From: Octopus sinensis | Lineage: Eukaryota | Direction: 5' to 3' | Assembly: GCF_006345805.1 (NCBI RefSeq) | Contig: NC_042998.1 | Location: 144,460,001 to 144,524,000 of the forward strand | DNA: 64,000 bases | Shown: in pieces, positions 10,122 to 22,040 of the stretch | How the letters are laid out: each line of letters opens with the position of its first letter | Numbering within the stretch: position 1 is the first letter of the stretch | Position numbers and translations under genes: made by a program | The notes under the pieces: model-generated | Told to the model about the DNA's origin: nothing | Seen by the model: only the letters and a program-made list of their open reading frames with translations | Databases searched by the model: none

Positions 10122-12899
10122 GTTTCTCATCGTTACCTGTGGTCGACATTCTGGTGAAGGGGAAGATGTCGCGAGCCCTGGTGGACACGGGCTGTACAAC
10201 GACCCTGATGACCACAGAAGTGGCAGAGACGTGGAGTGGAGGAAGCAGTGTCAGGGCAGTCGACGGAAGAGAAGTGCACTGCGAAGGGGTTACGGATGCG
10301 CAGATTGTGGTGCAGGGACTGCAGCTGACGTTGCGAGCGATTGTGGTCGGTCACTTGGTGGACGAGATCGACGTGGTGATGGGGATGGATGCGATCACCC
10401 GTCTGGGAGGTGTTACCGTCAACGAGGCTGGCGTAACGTTTGGGCTAGCAGGGAAGCCGTGTAGGGCGAGACCACGCACCGACGACAACCGTGAGAAATG
10501 GATGCGGCGCACACCATTGAAGACCAGGATTTTCGGGCTGTCTTTGATGGCGAGAGGTGGACAGTGGAGTGGCACTGGAAGGGAGAGCCCCCGATGTTAA
10601 AGAACAAAGTGGGCTGCTATCAGCATACTCTAAAAGGAGATGCCAGAAGTGAGTTCGAGGGGGAGGTGGAGCGGTGGATTAAGGAGGGCATACTGATCCC
10701 CTGGGAAAAAGAAGAGAGCGGAGTCCTGCCACTGATGGCGGTGATACAGCCCACAAAGCGTAAGGTCAGGCCAGTGCTCGACTTCCGAGAGCTGAATGAC
10801 CACGTGTCGTGTCATACAGGCGGCGAGGCCACGGATGTCTGCGGAGACACCTTGCGAGAGTGGAGGCAGACGGCGGGGGCCTCCACGATTGTCGATTTAA
10901 AGTCGGCATACCTTCAGGTTCATGTGGCTGAGAAACTATGGAGGTACCAGCTCGTCAGGTATAGAGGCCGGACGTACTGTCTGACCAGGTTGGGATTCGG
11001 GCTGAATTCAGCTCCGAAGATTATGGCAACAATTCTCAAGGCCGTCCTGGGGAAGGTGGACAGAGTAAAAAGGGCCACCAATTCATACATCGACGACATT
11101 CTGGTGGATGAAACCGTGATACCAGCAACGGAGGTCATAGGCCACCTGAAGAGTTTTGGACTGATCGCCAAGCCGCCAGAGGCTATGGAGGGAGGTGCTG
11201 CACTGGGCCTCAAGCTATGGAGAGACAAAGCTGGCGCCTTGGTGTTCCGGCGAGGGAATGAGATCCCTGAACTGGGCACCGGACAGCATGCAGCTTCATC
11301 AAGAGACGAGCCGAAGGAGTGAAGTGGAATGATAAAGTGGGGGAGAGGACGATCGACATGATGCAGGAAGTCCTGGTCAGAGTAAGAGCAGAGGACCCGG
11401 TGAGGGGCAGCTGGTACGTTCCCAAATCAAAGAGCGGGATCGTATGGTGTGACGCCAGTAGCATCGCAATAGGGGTTGTCTTGGAAGTGGGAGGTGTCAC
11501 GGTGGAAGATGCAGCCTGGCTCAGGAAGATGGATGACTGCAGTCACATCAACGTGGCGGAGTTGGAAGCCGTGCTGAAGGGGGTGAACCTAGCCTTGAAG
11601 TGGGGGTTGCACACCATAGAAATCAGGACTGATTCAGCCACTGTACTTGGTTGGGCGACGGCAGTCATCACCGATGAGCGGAGGGTGCGGACCAAAGGGG
11701 CTGCAGAGATGCTGGTAAAGCGTCGATTGGGGATACTGCGTGAACTGACCATTGAGTTCAATCTGAAGCTGAGCGTGATCTTTGTGCCTTCCGAGAAGAA
11801 CAGGGCAGACGTCCTGACCAGGGTTAAGCGAGCCTGGTTGCAAGTGCCAGAGGATGCGAAGCAGGATGTAGCTGCAGTATGCCATCTGAGCGACTCGGAG
11901 TTGCGGAGACTGCACACCATGCATCACATGGGTGTGGACAGGACGTTGTTCCTGGCCAGAAAAGTCGACTCCGACGTAACAAGACAGAGCGTGCGGAGAG
12001 TGGTTAGCAGTTGTGACAGGTGCCAGTCCATCGACCCTGCTTCGGTCGTGCATGAAGCGGGAAGTATTCCAGTGGACCAGGACTGGAGACGACTGGCGGT
12101 GGACATAACACACTACCGGCAGGGGACATACCTCTCAATGGTTGACTGCGGACCGGGGCGGTTCGCCATATGGAGGGAGATGAGGTCAGGAACCGCAGAA
12201 GAAATTGCGAAAGTGCTGAACGAGATATTCCTGGAACGAGGCCCCGTGGATGAACTGCTTCTGGACAACGGCACTGCATTTCGCTCGGAGGCGCTGAGAG
12301 AAATGCTTGATGAGTGGAAGGTCAACCGCTTCTTCAGGGCGGCATACCGGCCAAGTGGAAACGGGGTGGTGGAAAGGCATCATCGTACCATCAAGGCCAT
12401 GGCAGAGAGGGGTCACATTTCACCAGTCGAGGCCGTGTTTTGGTACAACATGTCGCCCAGATCAGGACAGGCCGAGGAGTCGGTGCCATACAGGGCAATA
12501 TTCAGGTACGAGTGGAGGCATCCGTGTACTACATCAATGCGACCCGGGGCAGAGGAAGAGCACGCCTTCGTGCAGGTCGGGGAGGAAGTCTGGGTGAAAC
12601 CCCCGAACGCACGGTGTACATCGCAATGGGGAAAGGGGACAATAACCTCCGTAAATTCAAAGAATAACATCTCGGTAGATGGTATGCCACGCCACGTTTT
12701 GGACATACGGAGGATTGTCCATGCCCCGGAGGATGGGACAAGCAACAGTGGGCAAGACGATAACAACAGACAGGATGACGAGGTCGGCAGCAACACGCCA
12801 GAAATAAGTCCTAGGGTCGTACTGCGACCACAGAGGGAGCGGCACCCTCCTCCCTGGTTGGCTGACTACGAAACCAGTTTCAGGTGCGGGAGCGAGTGA
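10061..12899 (+). pseudogene. pol: Retrotransposon pol (protease-RT-RNase H-integrase), broken by two lesions
   Basis: Protease LVDTG; RT VLDFRELN, DLKSAY, YIDD; RNase H WCDAS, AELEA, TDS; integrase HHCC plus D..D(35)E (LAVD, LLDNG, VVE). Frame changes at about 10460-10497 and about 11280. Confidence 0.92.
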
Positions 12900-12935
12900 G
12901 GAAGCCGGTTCAGTGATCTATAGATCAGGGGGGCG

Positions 12936-13211
12936 TGTGGTGTGGTGATGAGGGAGTGTGACAGAGAGGGAGGGAGCGGAAGTGGGTCTTGCAGGTCTCG
13001 CAGGGCGCATGCGCCGGCGGAAGCGGAAGCGAGAGACAGAATGCACGTGCGGCATCGACCAGGGCGGTCAGACTCGAGAACGACGCCAAGACGACAAGAC
13101 GCTAGCAAGTTGGCTCAAGGCGAATCCGGCTTCATCTCTGCAGGTAAGACCAAATTACACTTCTAATTCTTTTCCTTGTTCTGTTACGCTCCTTTCACCA
13201 CACTTATCACA
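12936..13211 (+). repeat. 3' LTR
   Basis: Direct repeat of 9044-9319, preceded by a polypurine tract and followed by the TSD ATTGC. Confidence 0.97.
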
Positions 13212-14949
13212 ATTGCAAACTAGGCAGTGTTTTGTATGAATGGTAACTTTACTTACACTCAGTGCGCAAAATGTCAAATCAAGGGAGTAGTTCAGCAGTT
13301 TGCTTTCAAGCCATGTATTCCCAGGTTCAATCCCACTGTACAACATCTTGAGCAAGTGTCTTCTACTGTTGCCCAGGCCAATAAAGGCCTTATGTGTGAA
13401 TTTGATAGACAAAAGCTGAAAGAAACCTGTTGTGTTTGTGCCTGTGCATGTCTGTGTCCCTTTCTTTTGACACTAAGTGATGGTTGTAAACACAAACATT
13501 ACTACTGTCATATAAGTGATGTTATTCGTTTCCATTCGTCTGTGAAAAACGTGCCTTGTTTTGTAAAATACCACCTTGCTTAGAAACAGGTGAAGGTTGG
13601 TAGCAGGAAGGGCATCCAACCACAAAATCTGCTTCAACAAATTCCATCTGACCCATGCAAGCATGGAAAAGTGGATGTTAAATGATGATGATGATGATAG
13701 ACACACACACGCATGCACACACACACATACACGCACAATTACATAATGGAGTTTGTTTTAGTTTCTCTATATCAAATCCACTCACAAGGTTTTGTTTGGC
13801 TTTTGTAGGAGATACTTTTCTAAAGTACTGCACAGTGGGACTGAATCTAAAACCATGTGGTTGGGAATCAAACATTGTAACCACACAGTTAAGCTTACGC
13901 CTACAGACAACAATGAGCTATACTTCTTCTTGGCATCTATTTTTATTGCAATGGGCTGTGTGACAGACAAACTCAAATGCTTTTACCATACACAATGTAT
14001 AACAAAACGTGAATCAGTTAAACCAACCCTTGAACTATCAACTGTTGGCTTTTTACTATGTGCTGTTACTTGCACAGTTGTGACTGTTGTTATGCTTTGT
14101 GCATGTTGACTCCACTGCTACTGGTTCCATGAAAGATGCACCTGGTGCATACTGTAAAATGGTTGGCTTTCAGGAGGGCACCAAGTTGTAGAAAACATGC
14201 TAAAGCAAACATTGGAGCCTGATACAGTCATCCAGCCCATGCCAGCATGGAATATAGATATTAAAAGATGATGATTGTGGGTGAAGAAATGAGCCATAGC
14301 AAAGAACAAATAGAACTATATCTTTTTCAATTTTTGTTTGGCTTGAACTGTTTGGAATATGGCTATTCTTGAGCATCACAACATTAGGGATATAAACAGT
14401 CTTTGAAGTTTTTCACATTATTTAATTTATTTTTATTTTGTTTTATTTTATTTTGGAATTCATTTATAAAAATAAGGTTATTTTTCCTAGATTTTATATA
14501 TTTTTCTTACATATTTTTCTCTCTCACACACACACATATATGTATCTATGTATGTTTTTATTTTGGCATGATTTGGAATCTTTTCATACTTATATTTACT
14601 GCTGGTTTATATATTTTACATAATATTTATTGTATGTTAATTTAGTATCTCAAAATTGCAAGGAGTTCACAGGGTCCATAGCTTAATTGTGGCTATCTAT
14701 AGCATGAAATGACTATGAGAGTAAATTTACTCTTGACCCAGGTTCAAGTCAATCATAAATAATCATTCCCAGAAGTTCTAGCATCTATTTTCTGGAACTT
14801 GAAGAATTAGAGAAGGTAGAAATAAAGAGTCCTACCCAAAGACTGCAAAATACTCATAGAGATTTCTGAACTGGAAATTGGTTCAGTACTTTATACATTT
14901 TCCTATTATATTACGTACAGCTGTAGAAACCATGCTGAAGCTGACTTGG

Positions 14950-14992
<43 letters not shown>

Positions 14993-15052
14993 CATTATCA
15001 TCATTTAGCATCTGCTCTCCCTGCTGGCATGGGTTTGAGCTGGCCTGAATTA

Positions 15053-15087
<35 letters not shown>

Positions 15088-15197
15088 CGATTGTAACCAC
15101 CTTCACTCTCATCTTTATTTACTAATTAAATAATGGCTTGCTAGTGCAAAAGACACACTTCTGTTTGTTATTTTTCCTCCATTTTCTTCTCGTCTCT

Positions 15198-15274
<77 letters not shown>

Positions 15275-15389
15275 TATAAATATATACACACACACACACA
15301 CATAAAACTCTTCAACTAGATTTAGGTCTAGAGCTGTGGCCATGCTGGGTCACCACTATTAGCTTTGTTACATCTTCACTACCTGAAAC

Positions 15390-15590
15390 ATCCTCTGTGA
15401 TATTTAGTGACTGAGGGAGTTTGATGCTGCTACTCCCACCTTTGTTTCCTGCCTTGAGTTAGGCTCATCTGGAACTTTTGACAGGAGGAGATCCAGTTTT
15501 GTTTTGAAGACACCTTCATCCACCCCATGCAATTCTCTCAGGCTTTTAAAGAGGATATTGAAGAGTTGTGGGCCCTTGAAACCCAATTTG
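15390..15590 (-). mobile_element. CR1/L2-group LINE 3' end
   Basis: KGPQLFNIL..SLRELHG...FKTKLDLLLSKVPDEP...NSL C-terminal signature. Confidence 0.6.
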
Positions 15591-15938
15591 TTGAAGTATT
15601 TGGTCCTTTATCCTGATGATAATGTTGATATTTTTGGCACTATACAGTATATATATATACTCACATAAATAAATAGAGTTAAACGCAGGTGTTATTCAAA
15701 TCTTTGTGTGTTATTTGTACACGTTGAAAAAATATACATTTATACACACACACACACATATACATGGCCACAAACGGACAGAAATTGCCATTTATGTATA
15801 TAGATAATATAAGATAATGAAATGATAGAATATTAAATGTCCATTCTGATTGAACTAGTACTTTCATGCATTAAACTATGCAATCTTCAGGTTCATGTAG
15901 TAGTGGTGACAGTTATGTTTTTACAATTTATAACTATC

Positions 15939-15972
<34 letters not shown>

Positions 15973-16200
15973 CATCATCATCATCGTTTAGCATCCGCTT
16001 TCCATGCTAGCATGGGTTGGACGGTTCAACTGGGGTCTGGGAAGTCAGAAGGCTGCACCAGGCCCAGTCTGATCTAGCAATGCTTCTACGGCTGGATGCC
16101 CTTCCTGAGTGTAGTGGGTGACTTTTACATGCCAGACGAGGCTGGCAAACGGCCACGATCGGATGGTGCCATTTATGTGCCACCAGTACGGTGTGCCACA
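15973..16200 (-). repeat. Short (GAT)n-tailed repeat sharing the RTE 3' end (truncated RTE or RTE-dependent SINE)
   Basis: catcat...tccgctttccatgctagcatgggttggacgg matches the end of the 50850 element; similar pieces recur more than 15 times in the window (e.g. 6480, 13590, 23680, 34120, 47130, 56190, 58010). Confidence 0.8.
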
Positions 16201-16906
16201 TATATATAAATAATTAAGGGTATCTAAGAGATACCACCATGCTAGATATGGCAGCTAAAATTTGACTCTAAAGCCACATTAAATGTTCATACAGCACCAG
16301 GAGAGAAGACAAAGGGACAAAATAAACTAGCAAAAAAAAAATATTGGATAATTCAAGATCCTGGGTTTCTGGCTCTGCATAAGAAATGTTTTGCCTTCAT
16401 CAGTGGAATATATGCAAATAGTACATAAATACAAATGTATATATATATATATATACAATATACGAATACTTACATATACGCATGTATACACACATATACA
16501 TGCACATATGCACACGACCAGTTTAAATTGCCTGTCTAAACTCGTGCGATATGGTCAAAATACCACCGCAGTAAATATAATGACAAAGTAAATATATATA
16601 AATTTATATAAATAAGGATAAGATCATTATATGTGTGTGTGTGTATATATATATATGTGTGTGGGTGTATCACTTGTTTTACCTATGCCAGCATGGATTG
16701 TTGAATATTAAACAATGGTTATTTAATATATGTATATAAAAAGGAATTGTTAAACACGGCTGTTTCTGATGGTTTTATTGGTCTCTGTACATTTGGTTGT
16801 GAAAGGTTTACTAGCATTTTCTTTACTCAGTTGTTTTCTTGCTGCTTTCTGTTTTATATTTAACTTATGATTTTTATATGGAGTTTATTTTGTTTATTTG
16901 TATTTT

Positions 16907-17317
16907 CGGATCTTTTTGGTTTAAACGGCAGTTTTTAACATAATTTTTAGGTAACTAAAAAATGTTAAACTTCGTATACTGGTAGAATGTGTTTATCTTT
17001 TTCTCTTGGCCTTATTGAGAAAATTCTATAGTTTGTAAGATATTTGTTGTTTTTTTCTTCAATTTCTGCAATTTCAACCACTCGCTGACGTCTATTGAGC
17101 TAAAAAACATTCTGTGCTATATGAACATGTCCCTCATTTAAGAAACAGATTGGGTTTATTTACATTTGTGAAGAAAAAAAGATACCCTTTCCCCCACCCA
17201 TAACCCTAACCCTAAAACAGATTGAAATGCAATAGATCGATACTAGGGTCATAATTATGGGTGACAATTTCATATGACACCGCTAGAAAAAACTGCCGTT
17301 CAAACCGAAAAGATCCG
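16907..17317. mobile_element. Unclassified MITE with about 30-bp TIRs, apparent 6-bp TSD and internal (TAACCC) repeats
   Basis: CGGATCTTTTTGGTTTAAACGGCAGTTTTT / AAAAACTGCCGTTCAAACCGAAAAGATCCG; tatttt on both sides; taaccctaaccctaa near 17202. Confidence 0.8.
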
Positions 17318-18342
17318 TATTTTCTATTTTTCCTTGTCTCTATTTTTGTATTTTCAATTGTTTGATATTTTGTACTTCTGATATGTTGCAATAAAGAAAA
17401 ACAACAATAAAAAATAATGGTAAATACACAAAATATAAATAATAAATATTCATGTTTTGAATTGATAATTGTTTAAAGAAAAATTATTTTTCGCTTGGCT
17501 TTGCATGGCTTTTGATTGGTTCAAAGTGTATGTGATGCGGCATGAAATTTCAGTGTCACCCATTACTATTTAGTATGACACAGCATGTGATGTGTCTTTG
17601 CACAGTATGTTTTGGCTTGGGCTAGCTTTATTTAGCAGGACATGAAGCTTGTGTTACTGTCTGATGTCTGGTATTAATATTTATTGACAATAATAAAATG
17701 AAAAATATAAGTTTATATAAAAAAGAAAGTATAGAATGCTTATTTCATCTCATATGAATATTTGATGATGGAAAATATATAAGTAGACTAAATCATGTTT
17801 GGTTATTGATTTTGTTAGCATTTTAAAACTTATTCTGATTTCTCCAGTCTGCTTAGCTGAAAATACTTTTCGCTTCTACTTCATAATTGAATTGGAAGTA
17901 CAAGGAATGGCATTCACTTCTTACAACATTTGTTTCAATAGTAATTCATGTACAACTGTCAGCGTCATTAAGTTCATTCTACCTAACTTCAAAATGGAAA
18001 GATGAAGACAAAGCAGTTGAAATTTGAAATATGTAATGTTTTTTGTGGAAGAATTATTGTCTCTTTTGCAACAGTAGTGTTGAAGATTAATAAAATACTT
18101 TGTTCCAAGCTTCTTCAAGATGGAATGTCACTTCAGAAAGAAAGAACCACATTGCTTACATTTTCATTTATTTTTTTCAGCTAAACAATAACAATCTGAC
18201 AATAGAGATTTGAGTTCAATAAATTGCTAGAAAAAGTAGTAAAACAGTAAGAAAATAATGGAGGGATCTATAATAATAATGGAAACGATAGAAAGGAAAT
18301 ATGTTACGTTGCTTAGCTGCTGTTATTATTTTTAATATTATT

Positions 18343-19510
18343 GCATTGAGCTGGTAGAAACATTAGCATGTTGGACAAAATGCTTAGTGGCATTTCTTCC
18401 AGCTTATATTCTGAGTTCAAATTCTGCCATGGTCAACTTTGCTAGCCTTCCTTTTCGGGTCGATTAAAATAAGTGCCAGTTAAGCACTGACGTTGATGTA
18501 AATGACTACCTCCTTCCTCAAAATCTCATTCTTTGTGTCTATAGTAGAAAGAATTATTATTTTTATGACTGTTACATGCTACAGCAGGGATGCTGTGTTC
18601 GAGTTTGGTGTTAACTAGTTTCCTTAAATCTCAAGAAGCCTTAGAATTCTTGCAGAATGCAGGATTGTACTTTCCTGAAGGTTGACAATGCAAATCTCAA
18701 TTCCAGTACCCTTCAACCTCTTATGTAGCAGTTTGGGTTTTTTGCGTCAGGTGCATCAATTATTGCAGGAATACTTGTCTTAGTCTTCCACAATCTCTTT
18801 ATATCTCTAGCTAGGTCCTGATATTTCTTAATTTTTTTTTTCAGTTTCATTGATATCCAGTCTGTTATCTTAAGGAATTGCAAAGTCTGTGAGCTTACAC
18901 TTTATTATTATTATTAAGGTGGCAAGCTGGCAGAACCATTAGCACACTGGGCAAAATACTTAGCGGCATTTCGTCTGTCCTTATATTATTAGTTCAAATT
19001 CTGCTATGGTCAACTTTGCCTTTCATCCTTTTCAGGTCGATAAAATAATGTAATCGACTATCTCCCTCTCCCAAATTTTAAGCCTTGTGTCTATAGTAGA
19101 AAGGATTATTATTATTAAGGTGGTGAGCTAGCAGAATCATTAGTACACTGGACAAAATGCTTAGTAGCATTTCGTTCTTCTTTGTATTCTGAGTTCAAAT
19201 TCTGCTGAGGTCAACTTTGCCTTTCATCCTTTTGGGGTTGATAAAATAAGTACTAGTTGATCACTGGGATCAATGTAATCAACTTACTCCACTCCCCAAA
19301 ATTGCTGGCATTGTGCCAAAATTTGAAACTATTATTACTATTAATATTATTGTGGTGAGCTGGAAAATGGTTAGTACAGCCCAAGTTCAGTTCCAGCAAG
19401 ATCCTCTTTGCCTTTCATCCTTTTGGAGTCAGTAAACAGTTAGTCAAGCAGTTGACCAACTCCTTCTCTTAAAATTTCAGGTCTTGTGCCTATAGTAGAA
19501 AGAATTATTT
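18343..19510 (+). mobile_element. Cluster of four head-to-tail family 1 SINEs separated by (TTA)n tails
   Basis: Heads at about 18343, 18917, 19118 and 19351, each preceded by ttattatt tracts. Confidence 0.82.
18575..18903 (-). mobile_element. Second R4/Dong-like 3' fragment, degraded
   Basis: Minus strand TDFAIP*DNRLDINETEKKIKKYQDLARDIKRLWKTK; abuts a (TAA)n tract. Confidence 0.72.
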
Positions 19511-20127
19511 TTTTCTCTCCAGAAGGTACCATTTGTCATGGATGCCTGAATACATAGGACATGCAAAGGCTGGAGAAGAATGGAGCTGGTATGCTTTGCT
19601 GGATGTGCAATGTCAGTGTGCATTTGCAACAGAGCATTGGTGCATTGAGAAAGAAATTGGACATAAGAAGAATTAAATGGAGTGATTTATTTTTGTAGTT
19701 GTTAATAGTTTTCTCAAAGATCTGGTCAAGTCTGTAGACTGCCAGGCTCAATGCATTACTGCAAATGATTCAATATTTCATCATTTTAGTTAAAAACCTG
19801 CCGGGATCTACTTTACCTTTCACTACTTTCATAATCATCAGATGTTCATTTTCCATACTTTCATGGGCTGGACAGTTCAAAAGTAGCTAGTGAGCCAGAG
19901 GATTACACCAAAATCTAGTGTTTGTCTTAGTTTCTTTGGCTGGATGCCCTTCCTTAGGCCAACCACTTTACAGATTGTATTGGGTGCCTTTTATGTGAAA
20001 CCAGCACTAGTGAGATTACCAAGTAGTTCATGGGACACGACCTCAACTGAGTGGAGAGTAGCATTGGGAGAGGTAGATTTGTGTTAGATGTCGAGAGATT
20101 AAAGTATGATAGAAGTGTCTTACTTTA

Positions 20128-20362
20128 AGGCGGGGCGAGCTGGCAGAGTCGTTAGCACGCCGGGCAAAATGCTTAGCGACATTTCGTCTGCCGTTACGTT
20201 CTGAGTTCAAATTCCGCCGAGGTCGACTTTGCCTTTCATCCTTTCGGGGTCGATAAATTAAGTACCAGTTACGCACTGGGGTCGATGTAATCGACTTAAC
20301 CCCTTTGTCTGTCCTTGTTTGTCCCCTCTGTGTTTAGCCCCTTGTGGGCAGTAAAAGAAATA
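20128..20362 (+). mobile_element. Young tRNA-derived SINE (family 1, Nin/Deu-like core) with 17-bp TSD
   Basis: A-box/B-box-like head (gagttcaaattcc), core ttcatcctttcggggtcgataaattaagtaccag; TSD agaagtgtcttacttta at 20111-20127 and 20363-20379. Other copies at about 5281-5493(-), 5535-5740(-), 48640-48850(+), 55855-56070(+), 61290-61410(-). Confidence 0.9.
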
Positions 20363-20599
20363 AGAAGTGTCTTACTTTATAATTAATAAAATAAGTACCT
20401 GTAATATATCTTGGAAGTTAATCTTCTCTGTTGTATCTTTGTCTTGTGGCCAAGTGAAAGAAATTAAGTTTATGGCTCTTGATGGAGAAATGGTTAAGCA
20501 AGCACAGAATCTTTGAATATTAATGTTTTATTTTTATATCTTGAATATTGGGATTTAGTGCATGCTCTAGTTAAAATATTTCTAATAATACCATTAGTT

Positions 20600-22040
20600 A
20601 TTTAGTTCTCTTCATGCCACAAGGTACATAAGGCTACAACACAATCTCTCCAACCAGCTCTTTTTTCTTGTCACTCTTCAGGTCTCATTCTAGCTTCTCC
20701 GCTCTTCTTGTCTTCTTTCTTTGTTAATGGTCCTTTGTTATGTGGTTTTAGGGCACCCTGCTGCTCTTTTCCCCTCAGGCTGTCACTTTAGTGCCACCAT
20801 ATATTTGCTCTCTTGATCTTGTCTAAGGACATGTCTGATCCAGTTCCAGTGTTTGCATCTTATTTCATCACTGATCCTGTTGACGCTCATTGTCATCTCA
20901 ACTGTGTCATTTCAGTCTCTTTGCAGCTGCTTGATGTCAATTATTCTCCTTACAATGTGAACTAGAAGCTATTCCTTGTTTTTTCTCTTTCGTTTTTGTC
21001 ACTTTTCAGTGTTCACATCTGTAGAGTAATGCTGGTCAGGCCAATATCTTTTTTCATTTTACTGCCTATACCATTGCTTCTCCATAGATTATAGAATGCA
21101 ATCTGTAAAGATAATCTGTTCTTTATATCCTCTGTCTCCCCTCTGTCTTTCTTGACTGTCAACTTGTTATAAACAAATTCTTCAATGCCTTCCACCTCAT
21201 TGTTGCCCATTCTCACTCGAACTTGTTGTCTGACATCATTCCTTAGTGTTTTACATTTTTATGAGTTGAGTTTACGACCAATTCTGTCAGGGTTCTCTGC
21301 TGGTCTGTATGTCTTGCTCAGGATGTGCTCATAGGTAGATGACAGCAATGCTACATCTTCTGCAAAGTTGAGATCTTTGAACATGCTAGTTAGATTCCAT
21401 CTAATGCTATTCCTATGTTCTTCGCATGACCCAGTCTATCACCCTGGGAAACAAGAAGCCTGACATGACACATTCCTGCTTGACTCTAGTTGTAACCTTT
21501 AATCACCTTGTTTTGTCCTTGTTGTCCTCTACTGTGCACTGAAAGTCATTATACCATCCTCATTAGCTTGTCAGGAATGCCATACAATCTCATTAATTTT
21601 GTCAGTCTTTCATAGTGAACTGTGTTGAAGGCATTTTCAAAGTCAATAAAGTGAACATACAATGTTGCTCTCCACTCCTGGACTTGCTTTAAAATGTTTC
21701 TGAGGATGAATATTTCTTCAGCTGTGCTTCTTTTTTTGTAGAATCCCAGCCTGCTCTTTCCTGAGTACCTAATATGCTCCTCTCTGTATTCTCTCAATGA
21801 TTACTCACCCCATGACTTTACTCATTGCAAGGAGTAGTGTTATTTGTCTCCAATTCAGGTATTCCTTCAAATCACCTTCCTTTGGCAATTTGATGATAAT
21901 CCCTTTTTCCCATTAGTTTTTTTTTTCATTAGTTTTTTAAATATATTGGTTTGTTCATAATCATCAGATAATTCATAATCATCAGATAAGGTAAGGACTG
22001 CTATACCTCAACTTTAATACTTTCTCATATCTATGACTCT
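20600..22040 (-). mobile_element. Old RTE-clade LINE relic (different family)
   Basis: GFYKKRSTAEEIFILRNILKQVQEWRATLYVHFIDFENAFNTV...LYGIP; many stops. Confidence 0.8.

Larger units (their letters stand above)
9044..13211 (+). mobile_element. Full-length Gypsy-like (PR-RT-RH-IN order) LTR retrotransposon, young insertion
   Basis: 276-bp LTRs 9044-9319 and 12936-13211 (TG...CA, 2 mismatches); 5-bp TSD ATTGC at 9039-9043 and 13212-13216; purine tract aggggggcg before the 3' LTR; gag, protease, RT, RNase H and integrase motifs. Confidence 0.97.

Noticed and set aside
9590-12845. Many antisense and alternate-frame ORFs over the LTR element and the RTE
   Set aside because: Expected shadow ORFs of GC-rich coding sequence; they carry no motifs of their own.
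17195-17220. Interstitial telomere
   Set aside because: Only about 2.5 TAACCC units, and they lie inside a MITE.
18181-18230. Alternative terminal exon (strong acceptor, A-K-Q-stop, AATAAA at 18218)
   Set aside because: All frames close quickly and AATAAA is common in this AT-rich DNA; not supportable without transcripts.
20128-20215. tRNA genes
   Set aside because: The tRNA-like heads lack a complete cloverleaf and continue into SINE bodies with tails and TSDs.
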